A stretch of 64,000 nt of DNA from an uncultured delta proteobacterium (GTDB taxonomy: Bacteria; Myxococcota_A; Polyangia; Fen-1088), in assembly GCA_963767925.1 (NCBI GenBank), contig CAVYGB010000003.1, positions 19,734-83,733 on the forward strand, in the 5' to 3' direction. Below the pieces are notes generated by a model that worked only from the letters and a program-made list of their open reading frames with translations, did no database searches and was not told the origin of the DNA. Positions 47,260 through 58,538 of the stretch are shown one piece after another; positions within the stretch are counted from its first letter, which is position 1, and each line of letters begins with the position of its first letter. The position numbers were made by a program, and so were the translations under genes.

Positions 47260-49106
47260 CCGGTGAGGTGGCCCCGGTGCAGCGGCGGCGGCGCGTCGAC
47301 GGGCTGTTCGCCCTCGCCCTGTTCGTCCTCACGGCCGGCTGGATGCTCGGCGTGGAAGGGCGCCAGGGCATCGGCCGCGACGAGGTGCAGTACTTCCGCG
47401 CCGCCGAGCGCTACTGGGGCTGGTTCGAGGCCCTGGCCCAGAACGTGAAGACCGGGCGCCTGGCGCAGTCGTTCACGGCGGCCGGCATCAACCCGTACTG
47501 GGGCGACAACCCGGAGCACCCGGTCGTCATGAAGACCCTTTATGGGATCTCCTGGCGACTGTTCCACCGCTGCGAGTGTGTAAAGGAGGCCCGGTACCAC
47601 TACATCGCGGTTCCCCACAAGCACATCACCTTGCCCCTCTTTCCTCGCGAGTCGACCGCCTTCCGCTTCCCGGCCATCCTGATGGCCGGGCTGGGGGCGG
47701 CGCTGGTCTTCCTGCTGGCCCGCCGCTGGGTGGGGCGGGGGCCGGCGCTGGCGGCGGGCGTGCTGTCCGTGGCGCAGCCGCACTACTTCTTCCACGCCCA
47801 GATCGCCGCCTTCGACGCTCCCATCACGGTGATGGCGGTGGCGGTGGGGTACTGCTACTGGAAGGCGCTCCGCTCGGCCCGCTGGGCGATCGTCGCGGGG
47901 GTCGTGTTCGGCATCGCTCTGGGGGTCAAGCACAACGCCTGGCTGATGCCGATCTTCCTCGTCGGGCACTACCTCTGGATGCGGCGCCACGACCTGATCG
48001 GCGGCTCCGGGGTGACGGGTCGCCGCCGCCGCATCCCGCCCATCCCCCTGGTGTTCCTGTCGATGGCGGTGCTGGGGCCGCTCGTGTTCTTCCTGCACTG
48101 GCCCAAGCTGTGGGTCAACCCGACCGGGCACACGCGCTGGTACGTGCAGCGCCACATGCAGCACGAGCACTACAACTTCGAGTACCTCGGCCGCAACTGG
48201 AACAACCCCCCCAAGGAGTGGGACCGCAAGCTGGTGCGCATGACCTTCCCCTTCGTGTCGACCGCGCTGACCGTGCCGGTCACCACCCTGGCCCTGGCGC
48301 TGGTGGGGGGCGGGCTGCTGCTGCGGCGGGCGCGCCGGCGGGGCCGGGGCCAGGCTGACGAGACGTTGCTGCCCGACCCGCTGCCCGCCGAGCCGCCGCG
48401 CGCCTCCTGGCTGCGCCCGGCGTCCGACGTCGACCGGGCGCCGGGGGCCTTCCTGTTCGTGCAGGTGCTGGGGCCGCTGGCCGTGCTGGCGGTGCCGAGC
48501 ACGCCCATCTTCGGGGGGGTCAAGCACTTCATGCCGGCCATGCCCTACCTGGCCATCGCGGCGGCCGTCGGGCTGCGCTGGTTGATCCAGGTGGTGGGCG
48601 AGGCGGGCGCCACCTGGCTGCGCCGCGAGCGGCTGCAGCGGGCGCTGCCCGCCGCCGTGGCGGCGCTGTGTTGCCTGCCGGCGCTGCTCGAGACCCGGCG
48701 CTCGCACCCCGACGGGCTGTCCCACTACAACCTGCTGGCCGGCGGCTTCGCCGGCGGCGCCTCGCTGGGCATGAACCGGCAGTTCTGGGGCTATTCCATC
48801 CTGCCGATGCTCGACTGGATCGCGGCCAACGCCCCGCCCAGCCGGCTCACCTACTGGCACGACGTGTTCGGCGACGCTCAGAACTTCTACATCCGCGACG
48901 GGCGGCTCCCGGCCGGGCTGGGCGACGTCGGCATCGGCGAGCCGGTGGTGGCCAGCTCCGACTTCGGCCTGCTCATCCACGAGCGTCACTTCGTGCTCTA
49001 CGAGGGGCTCATCTGGGAGGCCTACGGCACCACCCGCCCGTCCTACGTGCGGACCCGGGAAGGGGTCCCCATCGTCACCGCCTACAAGCGGGTGAAACCG
49101 CGTTGA
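47256..49106 (+). CDS. ArnT/GT39-family glycosyltransferase
   Basis: RDEVQY, EHPVVMK, FRFP, FDAP, ALGVKHNA, many TMs. Confidence 0.8.
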   Translation: MTGEVAPVQRRRRVDGLFALALFVLTAGWMLGVEGRQGIGRDEVQYFRAAERYWGWFEALAQNVKTGRLAQSFTAAGINPYWGDNPEHPVVMKTLYGISWRLFHRCECVKEARYHYIAVPHKHITLPLFPRESTAFRFPAILMAGLGAALVFLLARRWVGRGPALAAGVLSVAQPHYFFHAQIAAFDAPITVMAVAVGYCYWKALRSARWAIVAGVVFGIALGVKHNAWLMPIFLVGHYLWMRRHDLIGGSGVTGRRRRIPPIPLVFLSMAVLGPLVFFLHWPKLWVNPTGHTRWYVQRHMQHEHYNFEYLGRNWNNPPKEWDRKLVRMTFPFVSTALTVPVTTLALALVGGGLLLRRARRRGRGQADETLLPDPLPAEPPRASWLRPASDVDRAPGAFLFVQVLGPLAVLAVPSTPIFGGVKHFMPAMPYLAIAAAVGLRWLIQVVGEAGATWLRRERLQRALPAAVAALCCLPALLETRRSHPDGLSHYNLLAGGFAGGASLGMNRQFWGYSILPMLDWIAANAPPSRLTYWHDVFGDAQNFYIRDGRLPAGLGDVGIGEPVVASSDFGLLIHERHFVLYEGLIWEAYGTTRPSYVRTREGVPIVTAYKRVKPR

Positions 49107-49119
49107 AACGGTCATCGCC

Positions 49120-50583
49120 ATGAATGCTGGATCAAAGCCCGAGACCCCCGCCGCACCTCCCCCTCCGGAGGGCGACAGCCGCATCGACAGGTTGTTCCAG
49201 GGCCGCTGGGGCCTGATCATCATCTACGCCTTCTTCCTGGCGGCCTACCTGGGCGCCTCCGGCCCGCGGCTCAAGCGGCACTCGCAATACAACCACTTCG
49301 TCTACCTGGCCGAGGGCTGGCTGGACGGGCGCCTGGCCCTCAAGGGCCAGCCCCCCAACGAGAACGACTGGGCGCGCGTCGAGGAGCTGACCCTCGCCGA
49401 CGGGCGCAAGGTGCGCGGCAAGTTCGGCAGCACCGGGGCCAGCGACCGCTTCTATTTCACGAAGGGCGGCAGCGAGACCATCGACGACTCGGAGATCCAG
49501 AGCCGGAGCTCCGTGCGCTACGTGTCGTTCCCACCCTTCCCGGCGGTGCCGATGTTGCCCTTCGTGGCCTTCGCCGGGCTGAGCTTCAACGACGTCGCCT
49601 TCACGGCGGTGTGGGCCGCCTTCAACCCGGTGCTGATGTTCCTGCTGCTGCGGCACCTGCGCCGCCGGGGCTACTCGCGCCGGAGCGTCTCCGACGACCT
49701 CTGGCTGGTGGCGCTGCTGGGCGTGGGGTCGGTCTACTACTACAGCTCGGTCATCGGTCAGGTCTGGTACACGGCCCACGTCATCGCCGTGACGATCATC
49801 ATCCTGTACATGTGGGCCTCGCTGGAGGCGGCCCACCCCTGGCTGGCGGGGATCATGCTGGGCATCGGCTTCGCCACCCGCCCACCCATCGGCTACATGG
49901 TCCCGCTCTTCGTCTTCGAGGCGGTGCGGATGACGGGCGGGTGGAAGGTCCTGTGGGAGACGCTGCGCAAGCGCCGGCGCCTGCCCGAGGGCCTGTTCGA
50001 CCGGCTGTGGAAGTGCGCCCTGCCGGCGGCGGCCCTGCTGGCCCTCATCTTCCTGTTCAACTACGCCCGCTTCGACAAGCTCACCGTGTTCGGGCACGAG
50101 TACCTGAACATCTCCTGGAAAGAGCGGGTCGAGCGCTGGGGCCTGCTCAACTACCACTTCCTCTCGCGCAACCTGGCCTGCGCCCTGGTGCTGCTGCCGA
50201 AGATCTTCACCGCCTACCCCTGGGTGCAATACAGCCGCCACGGCATGTCGCTGTTCGTGACCTCACCCAACCTGGCCTGGCTGCTCGGCACGCGCGAGCG
50301 CAGCCCCCTGGCCCCGGCGCTGTGGATCACGATCCTCGTCGCCGCCCTGCCGACGTTCTTCTATCAAAACTCGGGCTACCAGCAGTTCGGCTACCGCTTC
50401 GTCAACGACTACGTCGTGTATCTGATCGTGCTGCTGGCGGTGGGCGGTCAGCGCTTCGGCTGGCTGTTCAAGACGCTGCTGATCCTGTCAGCCGGCATCA
50501 ACCTGTTCGGCGCGATCACCTTCGACCGCTACCAGCAGTTCAGCTACGAAGACAACTGCATCTTCCCCCACGGCTGCAACTGA
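49120..50583 (+). CDS. Integral membrane protein, probable GT-C fold
   Basis: YVSFPPFPAVPMLP, GQVWY, TRP, NYARF, QFGYRF..DY. Confidence 0.65.
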   Translation: MNAGSKPETPAAPPPPEGDSRIDRLFQGRWGLIIIYAFFLAAYLGASGPRLKRHSQYNHFVYLAEGWLDGRLALKGQPPNENDWARVEELTLADGRKVRGKFGSTGASDRFYFTKGGSETIDDSEIQSRSSVRYVSFPPFPAVPMLPFVAFAGLSFNDVAFTAVWAAFNPVLMFLLLRHLRRRGYSRRSVSDDLWLVALLGVGSVYYYSSVIGQVWYTAHVIAVTIIILYMWASLEAAHPWLAGIMLGIGFATRPPIGYMVPLFVFEAVRMTGGWKVLWETLRKRRRLPEGLFDRLWKCALPAAALLALIFLFNYARFDKLTVFGHEYLNISWKERVERWGLLNYHFLSRNLACALVLLPKIFTAYPWVQYSRHGMSLFVTSPNLAWLLGTRERSPLAPALWITILVAALPTFFYQNSGYQQFGYRFVNDYVVYLIVLLAVGGQRFGWLFKTLLILSAGINLFGAITFDRYQQFSYEDNCIFPHGCN

Positions 50584-50692
50584 CGCGTCCGCGGGGGCAG
50601 GGTGAGGGGCGGTTGCCCGTTCGGGCGCACCTCCGAGCGCGCACGGCCACCTCTCCCCGGAGTAGCCCGCGGGGAGAGGTGATGTCGCTACT

Positions 50693-51946
50693 CTAGCGGC
50701 GCCAGCCGCCGCCGCCGCCGCTGCGGAAGCCGCCGCCGCGGAAGCTGCCGGAGGAGGACGACGGGGATGCGGGCGAGGCCCGCATCGGCGCCGAGGGGGC
50801 GGGGCTGCTGCGGAAGGAGGGGGAGGGGGCGCTGCGGTAAGAGGGCGCGGCCGGGGCGGGCGAGGCGCGGTAGCCCCCCCAGCCCGGGCTGGGCCCCTGC
50901 GACCCAGCCTGCGGCTGCACGCGGACGCTGCGGGGGGTGGTGAAGCCGCCGCCATTCCAGCCGCCCGACGGCGCGGCCGGCGCCGGCGCCACCGAGCGCG
51001 TGGTGCCGGGACGGCTCGACCAGCCGAGCGAGGGGACCTCACCCTTGTCGGCCGGCGCGGGCGAGGCCCGGCCCGGCGAGCTGGAGGGCCAGCCGCTGGT
51101 CGACGAGGACCAGCCGGGGGTGCGGTTCCAGGAGCCGCGCGCGGGCGCGGGGGCAGGGCCGCCGGTGCGGAAGCCACCGCCCGCCCCGCTCGGCATGGCC
51201 CGGGCCGGGCGGCCCGCGACCCGACCGATCGGCGGCGCGACGACGCGGTCGTGGCGCCGGCCCCGGTAAAAGCGCCCGCCGCCGTAGTAGCGCGGGTAAT
51301 AGGCCCGGTAGTAGTGGGCGTAGTAAGGCCAGTGGTTCCAGAAGAAGGGATCGTACGCCCCCTGCCAGTAGAACCAGGGCCCGGCCACCGTGAAGTAGGG
51401 CGACCAGGGCCGCCACCAGTGGGCGTGCCCGCCGATCATGAAACACCAGCCGCCGCCGTACGATTCGAGCACCGGGTGCGCGCCGTAGTAGCTGTAGGTC
51501 CGGCCGCGGTAGCCGAAGTCGGTGGGGTCGCCGATGAAGTGGTAACAGCCGTCGCGCAGGACGAACAGCCGCAGGTCGAACGGGGGGTACGGGTGGAGGT
51601 GCGTCCCCTCGGTCTCGTCCCAGGCCGTCCCCGCCACCACCCGCGTGTCGACCGGGTGCGCGCCGCCGAAGCAGTAGTTGTTCCCGCCGGGCGCCGCCGC
51701 GGGCGGCTGCTCCACGTCGGGCGGCACGGGGACCTGGACCATCACCGTCGGGTCCTGCCCGGGGACCTGGGCGGCGTAGACCTGGCCCTGCGCCTGGTAG
51801 GCGTCCGCCCGGTTGTAAGCCTCGTCGTAGGCCTCGCCGACCTCGTCGTGGTCGGTGGCGTCGTGCGCCTCGTGAGCCGACGACACGCGCGCTCCGGCGA
51901 GCGAGACGGCGGTCGCGAGGACAGCCGTCAAACTGCTCCTGGTCAT
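50693..51946 (-). CDS. Secreted protein with aromatic/His-rich core and Pro/Ser/Gly-rich tail
   Basis: Signal peptide, YYGAHP..GGGWC...HAHWW, low-complexity C-terminus. Confidence 0.6.
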   Translation of the reverse strand: MTRSSLTAVLATAVSLAGARVSSAHEAHDATDHDEVGEAYDEAYNRADAYQAQGQVYAAQVPGQDPTVMVQVPVPPDVEQPPAAAPGGNNYCFGGAHPVDTRVVAGTAWDETEGTHLHPYPPFDLRLFVLRDGCYHFIGDPTDFGYRGRTYSYYGAHPVLESYGGGWCFMIGGHAHWWRPWSPYFTVAGPWFYWQGAYDPFFWNHWPYYAHYYRAYYPRYYGGGRFYRGRRHDRVVAPPIGRVAGRPARAMPSGAGGGFRTGGPAPAPARGSWNRTPGWSSSTSGWPSSSPGRASPAPADKGEVPSLGWSSRPGTTRSVAPAPAAPSGGWNGGGFTTPRSVRVQPQAGSQGPSPGWGGYRASPAPAAPSYRSAPSPSFRSSPAPSAPMRASPASPSSSSGSFRGGGFRSGGGGGWRR

Positions 51947-52070
51947 GGTGCTACCCCCAGACGCAGTCTAACCCCTGGTTTTTCCGCGGGCAAAGGCCCA
52001 TCCCGCAATCGGGGAGCGAACCCGGTGGCGCCGGTCACGACGGCGCGAGTTGAGCTACACTGCGCGCTCC

Positions 52071-52544
52071 ATGTCCATCGAGACGCAGATCGGCGACCTC
52101 CTCAAAGATGCGATGCGCACCCGGGATCAGGGCACCAAAGACGTCATCGCGATGATCAAGACCAAGCACATGGAGCGGCGCACCTCCGCCGGCTTCAAGG
52201 GCCCGCTCGATGACGCGCTCTGGGTCGAGGTGATTGGCGCGTACCAGAAACAGCTCCGCAAGGCCCGGGACGAATACGCCGCCCTGGGCGAAAAGGGCGC
52301 CGAGACCCTGCCGCAGCTCGACTTCGAGATCGCCTTCTGCGCCCGCTTCCTCCCCCAGCTCGCCGGCGAGGACGACGTCCGCGCCGCCGTGAAGGAAGCC
52401 CTCTCCCGCATGACCATCACCGACCCCAAACAATCCGGCCGCGTGATGGGCGAGATCATGAAGACCAACAAGGGCAAGTTCGACCCCGCCATGGTCAAGC
52501 GCCTGGTCGAAGAAGAGCTCGCCAAGGCCGCCACCCCGGCCTGA
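52071..52544 (+). CDS. GatB/YqeY domain protein
   Basis: LKDAMR.RD, EI.F...FLPQL, GRVMGEIMK, MVKRLVEE. Confidence 0.9.
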   Translation: MSIETQIGDLLKDAMRTRDQGTKDVIAMIKTKHMERRTSAGFKGPLDDALWVEVIGAYQKQLRKARDEYAALGEKGAETLPQLDFEIAFCARFLPQLAGEDDVRAAVKEALSRMTITDPKQSGRVMGEIMKTNKGKFDPAMVKRLVEEELAKAATPA

Positions 52545-52877
52545 CCGCGGCCCAGCCCGACGAAGATCTCCTCTTCCACGCGCCGACCCTCACGGCCGTG
52601 AGTTAGATGGTGGAGCACGTGCCCCGCGGGCTCCGTTCGCTCAAGACGAAGATCCACTGGGCGATCACGCGGCCCTTTCGTAGTGTGTGGCGCTCCACGA
52701 GGCGACCGACGCGCGGACACTCCCCGCTGGTCCGCTCGAGCCCACCGGGCAGCCGGCCGATGGCGGTCTGTCGACATCGTCGCCGCCTCATCCGAAAAAA
52801 GCATATTGCTCCACGCCATCCGCTCACGGTAGAGGTGGCGAGGGAGGTTTCGTCGTGTCGAACCCGACAAGTTGCTC

Positions 52878-53933
52878 GTGACACTCGACCGGAGCGGCTT
52901 CCGGACTGCCCGGCATGTCCTCCAGGTGATGCTCCTCCTGATTGGTGGTGGCTCCGTCGGAGTGGCCGCCCCGGTCGATGAGGCAAACGCTCTCATCGCC
53001 AAGGGGAATGCTCTCCGGATGGCCGGCGACGATGTCGGGTCCCTTCCGCTCCTGCAGCAGGCCTACCAGATCAATCCCGGTCCGCGCACGGCTGTCCATC
53101 TCGGCATGGCCGAATACGCGGTCGGCCGGTGGGCCGACGCCGACCTGCATCTTACCGAAGCGTTGAAGTCGCGGGATGACCCCTGGGTCAAGAAGAACGA
53201 GACACAGATTCTCGAGTCTCTACGAATCACCAAGACGCACGTGAGCCGAATCGAGATCACGGGCGACCCACCGGGTGCCGAGGTCCTGGTCAACGGCCGG
53301 GCCGTGGGGCGGCTTCCGCTCAGTCAACCTGTCGCAGTCTCCGCGGGCAGCGTCGATATCGAGGTGCGCGCTCCGGGATACGAGCCGGGCTCCCGCACGC
53401 TGGCCGTGACGGGAGGACAATATCAGCCGGTCGTCATTCGCCTCGCCAGGTCCGGTACCCCGGCCGACTCCGGTCCAGGGGCGTCCGGCCGCTCCGCCGG
53501 CCCTCCTCGGTCGTTTGAATCCGAACTGGACGATACCGACCGACGTGAATTGAGTTTGCGGCCGCTCATCGTCGGTATCAGCCTGGGAGGCGCGGGCCTC
53601 GGACTCGCCCTCGGCGGATACGGCGTGTGGCAACACGAGCATCACGCCACCGCATTCAACAAGCGCGGGTGCTTCGAGGCCGGGAACGGCAGCGCCATAA
53701 GAGCAGATGGCCTGCCCGACGATGCCTGCAAACGGTCGATGTCGGGATATCGCGAAGCGCGCATCCTCCAGGTCCTGGGCTTCGCCACCGCTGGCGCCCT
53801 CGCCGGCGCTGCCCTCGTTGCATACCTCGTGGGTTCCAGCAGCCAGTCCAGCGCCAGCGCCCCGCTCGTCACCTCGATAGCCTGCGCCCCCGCCTTCTTT
53901 CAGGTTGGCCTGGGCTGCGAAATGCGGTTCTGA
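52878..53933 (+). CDS. TPR plus PEGA domain membrane protein
   Basis: TPR-like helices, PPGAEVLVNG PEGA, two TMs, ends GLGCEMRF; start uncertain. Confidence 0.75.
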   Translation: MTLDRSGFRTARHVLQVMLLLIGGGSVGVAAPVDEANALIAKGNALRMAGDDVGSLPLLQQAYQINPGPRTAVHLGMAEYAVGRWADADLHLTEALKSRDDPWVKKNETQILESLRITKTHVSRIEITGDPPGAEVLVNGRAVGRLPLSQPVAVSAGSVDIEVRAPGYEPGSRTLAVTGGQYQPVVIRLARSGTPADSGPGASGRSAGPPRSFESELDDTDRRELSLRPLIVGISLGGAGLGLALGGYGVWQHEHHATAFNKRGCFEAGNGSAIRADGLPDDACKRSMSGYREARILQVLGFATAGALAGAALVAYLVGSSSQSSASAPLVTSIACAPAFFQVGLGCEMRF

Positions 53934-54047
53934 GCCCGATCGAGACGGCCCAAAGGGCCGGGCAGAACTGTGGTGTGTGTGCGCATGTAGACACCGCGTC
54001 TAGGTGTGATAGGGTGCGTAATTAGTATTTGCCGGAAGGTGAGCGTC

Positions 54048-56134
54048 ATGACACTTCGGTGCATCAAGTTCGTCGGTCTCATCTCCCTTGCTGTCGCCGG
54101 CTGCACGCAGCCGAACAAGTGGCCGTTCGAGATCGGCCCGGACGGGGGCGGGGTGAGTCCAGATCGTTCGGCTCAAGGTCGCGATGGTCCCGTGGGGGAT
54201 CCGGTGGAACCAATTCCCCGGCCAGCGGGGGCCTCGAGCCCAGCACCATGTGCGGGACCGCGTGCGAGGCCGAAAGGAATGATGGCTGCTGCCCAGTTGG
54301 CTGCACTGCCGCCACGGATGTCGACTGCAAAGCCCAGTGCGGAAACGGGGCCCTCGAGCGGGGCGAGCAGTGTGATCCCCCCGGCTCCTGCCCGGCGAGC
54401 TGTCCCAATCGGGGGTGCACGAAGTTCAGCCTCGAAGGCTCAGCGGCGGAGTGCACCGCCGTCTGTGCCGAGGCCGGCTTGGAGACCGCCTGCAAGCCGG
54501 ACGACGGCTGCTGCCCCACCGGCTGTACCACCGCCGACGACAACGACTGCGCCGTTACGTGTGGGAACGGCACCAAGGAAAGCAACGAGACCTGCGACCC
54601 TCTGGCGTCCTGCCCAAATGCTTGCCCCGCGCAGGCCTGCCAGCTGAGGAAGCTCGTCAACGCCGGCACCTGCACCGCCGAGTGCGTGAACGACCGTCTG
54701 CAGACGACCTGCGTGGCTGGAGACGGGTGCTGCCCAGCAGGCTGTCACACCGGCAACGACGCCGACTGCAGCGCCGCCTGCGACAACGGCGTCAAGGAAA
54801 GCGGAGAGACCTGCGATCCTTTGGCCTCATGCCCTTCCACCTGCCCCGCCAACGAGTGCCAGCTCCGCAAGCTAGCGAATCCCGACACCTGTAAGGCCCA
54901 GTGCATCAACGATCGGCTGCAGACGGCCTGCCAATCTGGCGACGACTGCTGCCCTCCGGGCTGCAACACCGCCAATGACACCGACTGCAGCGTCCGCTGT
55001 GGCGACGGCGTCAAGGACCCCAGCGAGACCTGCGACCCCCTGGCCACCTGTCCTTCCCGGTGTCCCGCGATGGGCTGCCAACTCCGCGAGCTCAAGAACG
55101 CGGGCACCTGCAAAGCCGTCTGCGAAAACTCTCGCATGCAGACCACCTGCGCATCCGACGACGACTGCTGCCCGGGCGCCTGCAACAACAACAACGACAT
55201 TGACTGCGCCCCCCGATGCGGCAACAGCGTCGTAGAACGCGACGAAAAGTGCGAGCCCGTGGCCGAGTGCATGCGCCGCCAGGCCGCTTGCCGCAGCGAC
55301 CGCGACACCATCCGCGAGGGCCGAGGCAACCCCGGCCAATGCACCTTCGAGTGCGCCGAATCTGCCCGACGTTGCGGTGATGCCGACGGCCAGTGCCCCT
55401 CAGGCTGTCAGAACGATCCAGATTGCAAGCGGGCGAACGGCTCGGTCTGCGAAAGCGCCGGGCAATGCCTATCGAACCGATGCACGGACGGTCGGTGCTG
55501 CGCGGAGACGTGCGGGCTCTGCGAGAGGTGCACGGGCGGTGGCGGCACTTGTCAGATGATGCCGAACACACGGGTCTGTGGAAATAGCTGCGTCCCGAGC
55601 AGTCAATGCTGCCAAAGCTGCGGGAACGAGTGCAGTCCGTGCGACCCCAGCAGCGGACAGTGCCGGCCAGCCGGGGGGAGAAGCTGCAACGGTGGTCGTG
55701 GAACCTGCAACGGCAGCGGTGCGTGCGTGCCGAACTGTGCTGTCGGCCAGGCGTGCGGCGCCACCAACCAATGCACGAGAGGCGAAACCACCTGCCCCGG
55801 GTGCCGTCGCATCGATGCGCCTGATGGCACCGATTGCGGAGACTGCCGCGAGTGCCGAGGCGGATCATGCCAGCCGACCTGCCGCTCGGGACAGAACTGT
55901 CAGGGCGACCGTTGCGTCGAGATTTGCGGCGTTGAAGGCAGTACGTGCTGCAACAACGGCACTTGTAACAACCGTTTTCTCGAGTGCGCACAGAACAATC
56001 GGTGTCGACAATGCGGCCGTGCCGTCGGACAGCCTTGCTGCATCGAATTCGGTTCGGATCAGGACCGGTTCTTCTGTGATGAGAGCAGAAGACTAGGCTG
56101 CGATGAGGGGACGGCCGAGTGCGTCGCTTTCTGA
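54048..56134 (+). CDS. Cys-rich repeat lipoprotein (myxobacterial CGNG..E.GE.CD repeats), frameshift near 54200
   Basis: Lipobox VAGC in one frame; ~73-aa CGNG..ETCDPLASCP...DGCCP.GC...ND.DC repeats in the other. Confidence 0.75.
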
Positions 56135-56395
56135 GCGTCTGGCCTTTCTGGCCGGCTTTAAGCGATTCCCCGGAACCTAAACGCGCCACGCCCGGCTGAG
56201 CGGGCGGGCGCCTCTCGTTGCTGAGAAGCGCCCTTCGTCGTTCAGCGGGCGGTCCGCCCCCGGCTCGTCGCGCGCACTAGGGCTCGCTTCGCGCGCCGGA
56301 GACAAGCTCGGCGGATCCGGGACCCTCGGCGGATCCCGGATCGAGCCGACGGCCTCGACCTGGGGACTGTTTTCGAAGTAGTCGGGTTCCCTCGC

Positions 56396-57489
56396 TTAGG
56401 TCGGGCCCGACAGGCGATGCCGGTCGTCGCGGTGGCGATGCGGGCCAGGAACATGTCGGCGCAGATGTAGAGCGTCTTGCCGTCGCCGCCGAACTTGCAG
56501 TTGGCGGTGGCCTGGCCGGTCAGGATGGTGCCGAGGTGCTCGCCCGCCGGGGAGATGACGAGGACGCCGCCGGGGCCGGTCGCGAACAGGTTGCCCTGCT
56601 TGTCGATGGCCATGCCGTCGAACGAGCCCTTGAGGTCGGGCTTCTTGGCGAGGAGCTCGGCGCCGTTGAAGAAGATGCGCGGGTTCTCGACCGAGCGATC
56701 GGCCTTCACGTCGAAGGCCATGATCACCGGGCGGGGCCCGTGCGAGTTGGCCACGTAGAGCGTCTTCTCGTCGGGCGACAGGCCGATGCCGTTGGGGCGC
56801 TCCATCTTGTCGTGGACCAGGTGGACCTTGCCCCGGGTGTCGAGGCGGAACACCCCCTGGAAGGGCAAATCCTTCTCCTTGTCCTCCATCTGCTTGGCGA
56901 GGCCGTAGGGCGGGTCGGTGAAGAAGAGGTCGCCGCTCGAGTGGAAGACGAGATCGTTGGGCGAGTTGAAGCGCTTGCCGTCGTATTTCTCGCCGAGAGC
57001 GACCTGTTTGCCCTGCGGGCGGGTCAGCGAGGCCAGCTTGGCGATGCGGCGGTTGCCGTGCTGGCACATCACCAGCTCACCGCGCTTGTTGATGGCCAGG
57101 CCGTTGGTGCCCGGCTCCTTCATGTCGGTGCGGTCGCCGTGGTAGCCGGCCGGCTTCATGAACACCGACAGGCCCTTGCCCTCTTGCCACTTGTAGATGG
57201 TGTTGGGCGGGATGTCCGAGAACAGGAGGTAGCCGCCCTTTTTCACCCAGACGGGACCTTCGGTCCAGTCGAAGCCCTCGGCCAGCTTCTCGAGCTTGGC
57301 CTCGGTGGGGACGAGCTGATCGAACCCCGGCTGCAGGCGATCGATCGAGCCGAAGGCGGGGTAGGGCGCCGAGAGCGACTTGACCGTCTCGGGCACGGCA
57401 GGGGCAGCAGCCGCCGGCGCCGCGAAGGCGCGGGCAGCCGGGAGCAGCGCAGAGCTGGCGAGGACAGTGCGGCGGGTGAGCGTCGACAT
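56396..57489 (-). CDS. SMP-30/gluconolactonase family protein (Tat)
   Basis: TRRTVL Tat motif, WTEGPVW, FSDIP, FNSPNDL, FTDPPYG, PNGI; probable 1-nt slip near 56413. Confidence 0.9.
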
Positions 57490-57590
57490 GGCCGGGCATG
57501 CTACCAGGAGCCGGCGCCGCCGGCAGCCGGGGCGGCGCGCGCGACCGGGGGCCTCAACATCGTGCGCGGTAAGTCCGATGCCAGATCGGC

Positions 57591-58538
57591 GTGTCGGTCG
57601 GGGAGGGTGGACGTCGAGGGTCGAGAGGGAAAGGCCGGGCGGCGGGCGGAGCGCTCGTGGCGCTGCTGCTCGGCGTCGGCTCGTGCGCCGGGCCAGAGCT
57701 GGACGACGCCCTGCTGGCATCGGCCGGCGAGGCGACCCCGAGCGGCTGCCCGGCCCCACCGCCCGGGATGACCGCGGCCGCCGACGCCGCCATCGACGAG
57801 GTCAACCGCATCCGCAGGCGCGCCGGCCTGGGCTGCATCGAGCAGGTCCCCGCCATCGCCCGCGCCGCCGAACGCCACTGCCAGTACTACGTCGCCAACA
57901 GCGGCCCGTGCATCGTCCGCCCCCACCGGGAAGCCAGCGACTGCCCGAGCTTCGTCGGCGAGACCTTCGGCGATCGCCTGCGCATCGCCGGCTACCGCGG
58001 CCACCCCAGCTTCGAGGTGATGGCCTACGTGGGCGACGGCCGCACCTCCGTGAGGATGTGGCTCGACAGCGTCTGGCATCGGGTCCCGATCCTGAGCCCC
58101 GAAGTCGAGCACGCCGGCTACGGCGCCGCCGGCCGCTGCGACACCCTCGACTTCGGCACTCCGGGCGACCGCTCCCTCACCTGGCGCGACGTGGTCTACC
58201 CCCACGACGGCCAGACCGACGTCCCCCGCGCCTTCGCCGGCCGCGAATCCCCCGAGCCCCCGCCACCCCCCACCGGCTGGCCCAGCGGCTACCCCGTCAC
58301 CCTCTACGCCGCCGGCCTCCAGGTCACCCAGCACGACATCCGCGTCGACGGCAGCGCCACCCCGCTCCCCCACACCTTCATCCCCCCGGAGCACCCCGCC
58401 GCCGCCGGCCTCCTCATCCACGAATTCATGCTCTACACCCACACCCCCCTCGCCCCCCAGACCCGCCACCGCGTCCACATCACCGGCACCCGCGAAGGCC
58501 ACCCCCACACCTTCGAGTGGACCTTCACCACCCGGTAG
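57591..58538 (+). CDS. CAP (SCP-like) domain lipoprotein
   Basis: VNRIRRRAGL, AAERHCQY, HRE, WLDSVWHRVPIL. Confidence 0.85.
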   Translation: MSVGEGGRRGSRGKGRAAGGALVALLLGVGSCAGPELDDALLASAGEATPSGCPAPPPGMTAAADAAIDEVNRIRRRAGLGCIEQVPAIARAAERHCQYYVANSGPCIVRPHREASDCPSFVGETFGDRLRIAGYRGHPSFEVMAYVGDGRTSVRMWLDSVWHRVPILSPEVEHAGYGAAGRCDTLDFGTPGDRSLTWRDVVYPHDGQTDVPRAFAGRESPEPPPPPTGWPSGYPVTLYAAGLQVTQHDIRVDGSATPLPHTFIPPEHPAAAGLLIHEFMLYTHTPLAPQTRHRVHITGTREGHPHTFEWTFTTR

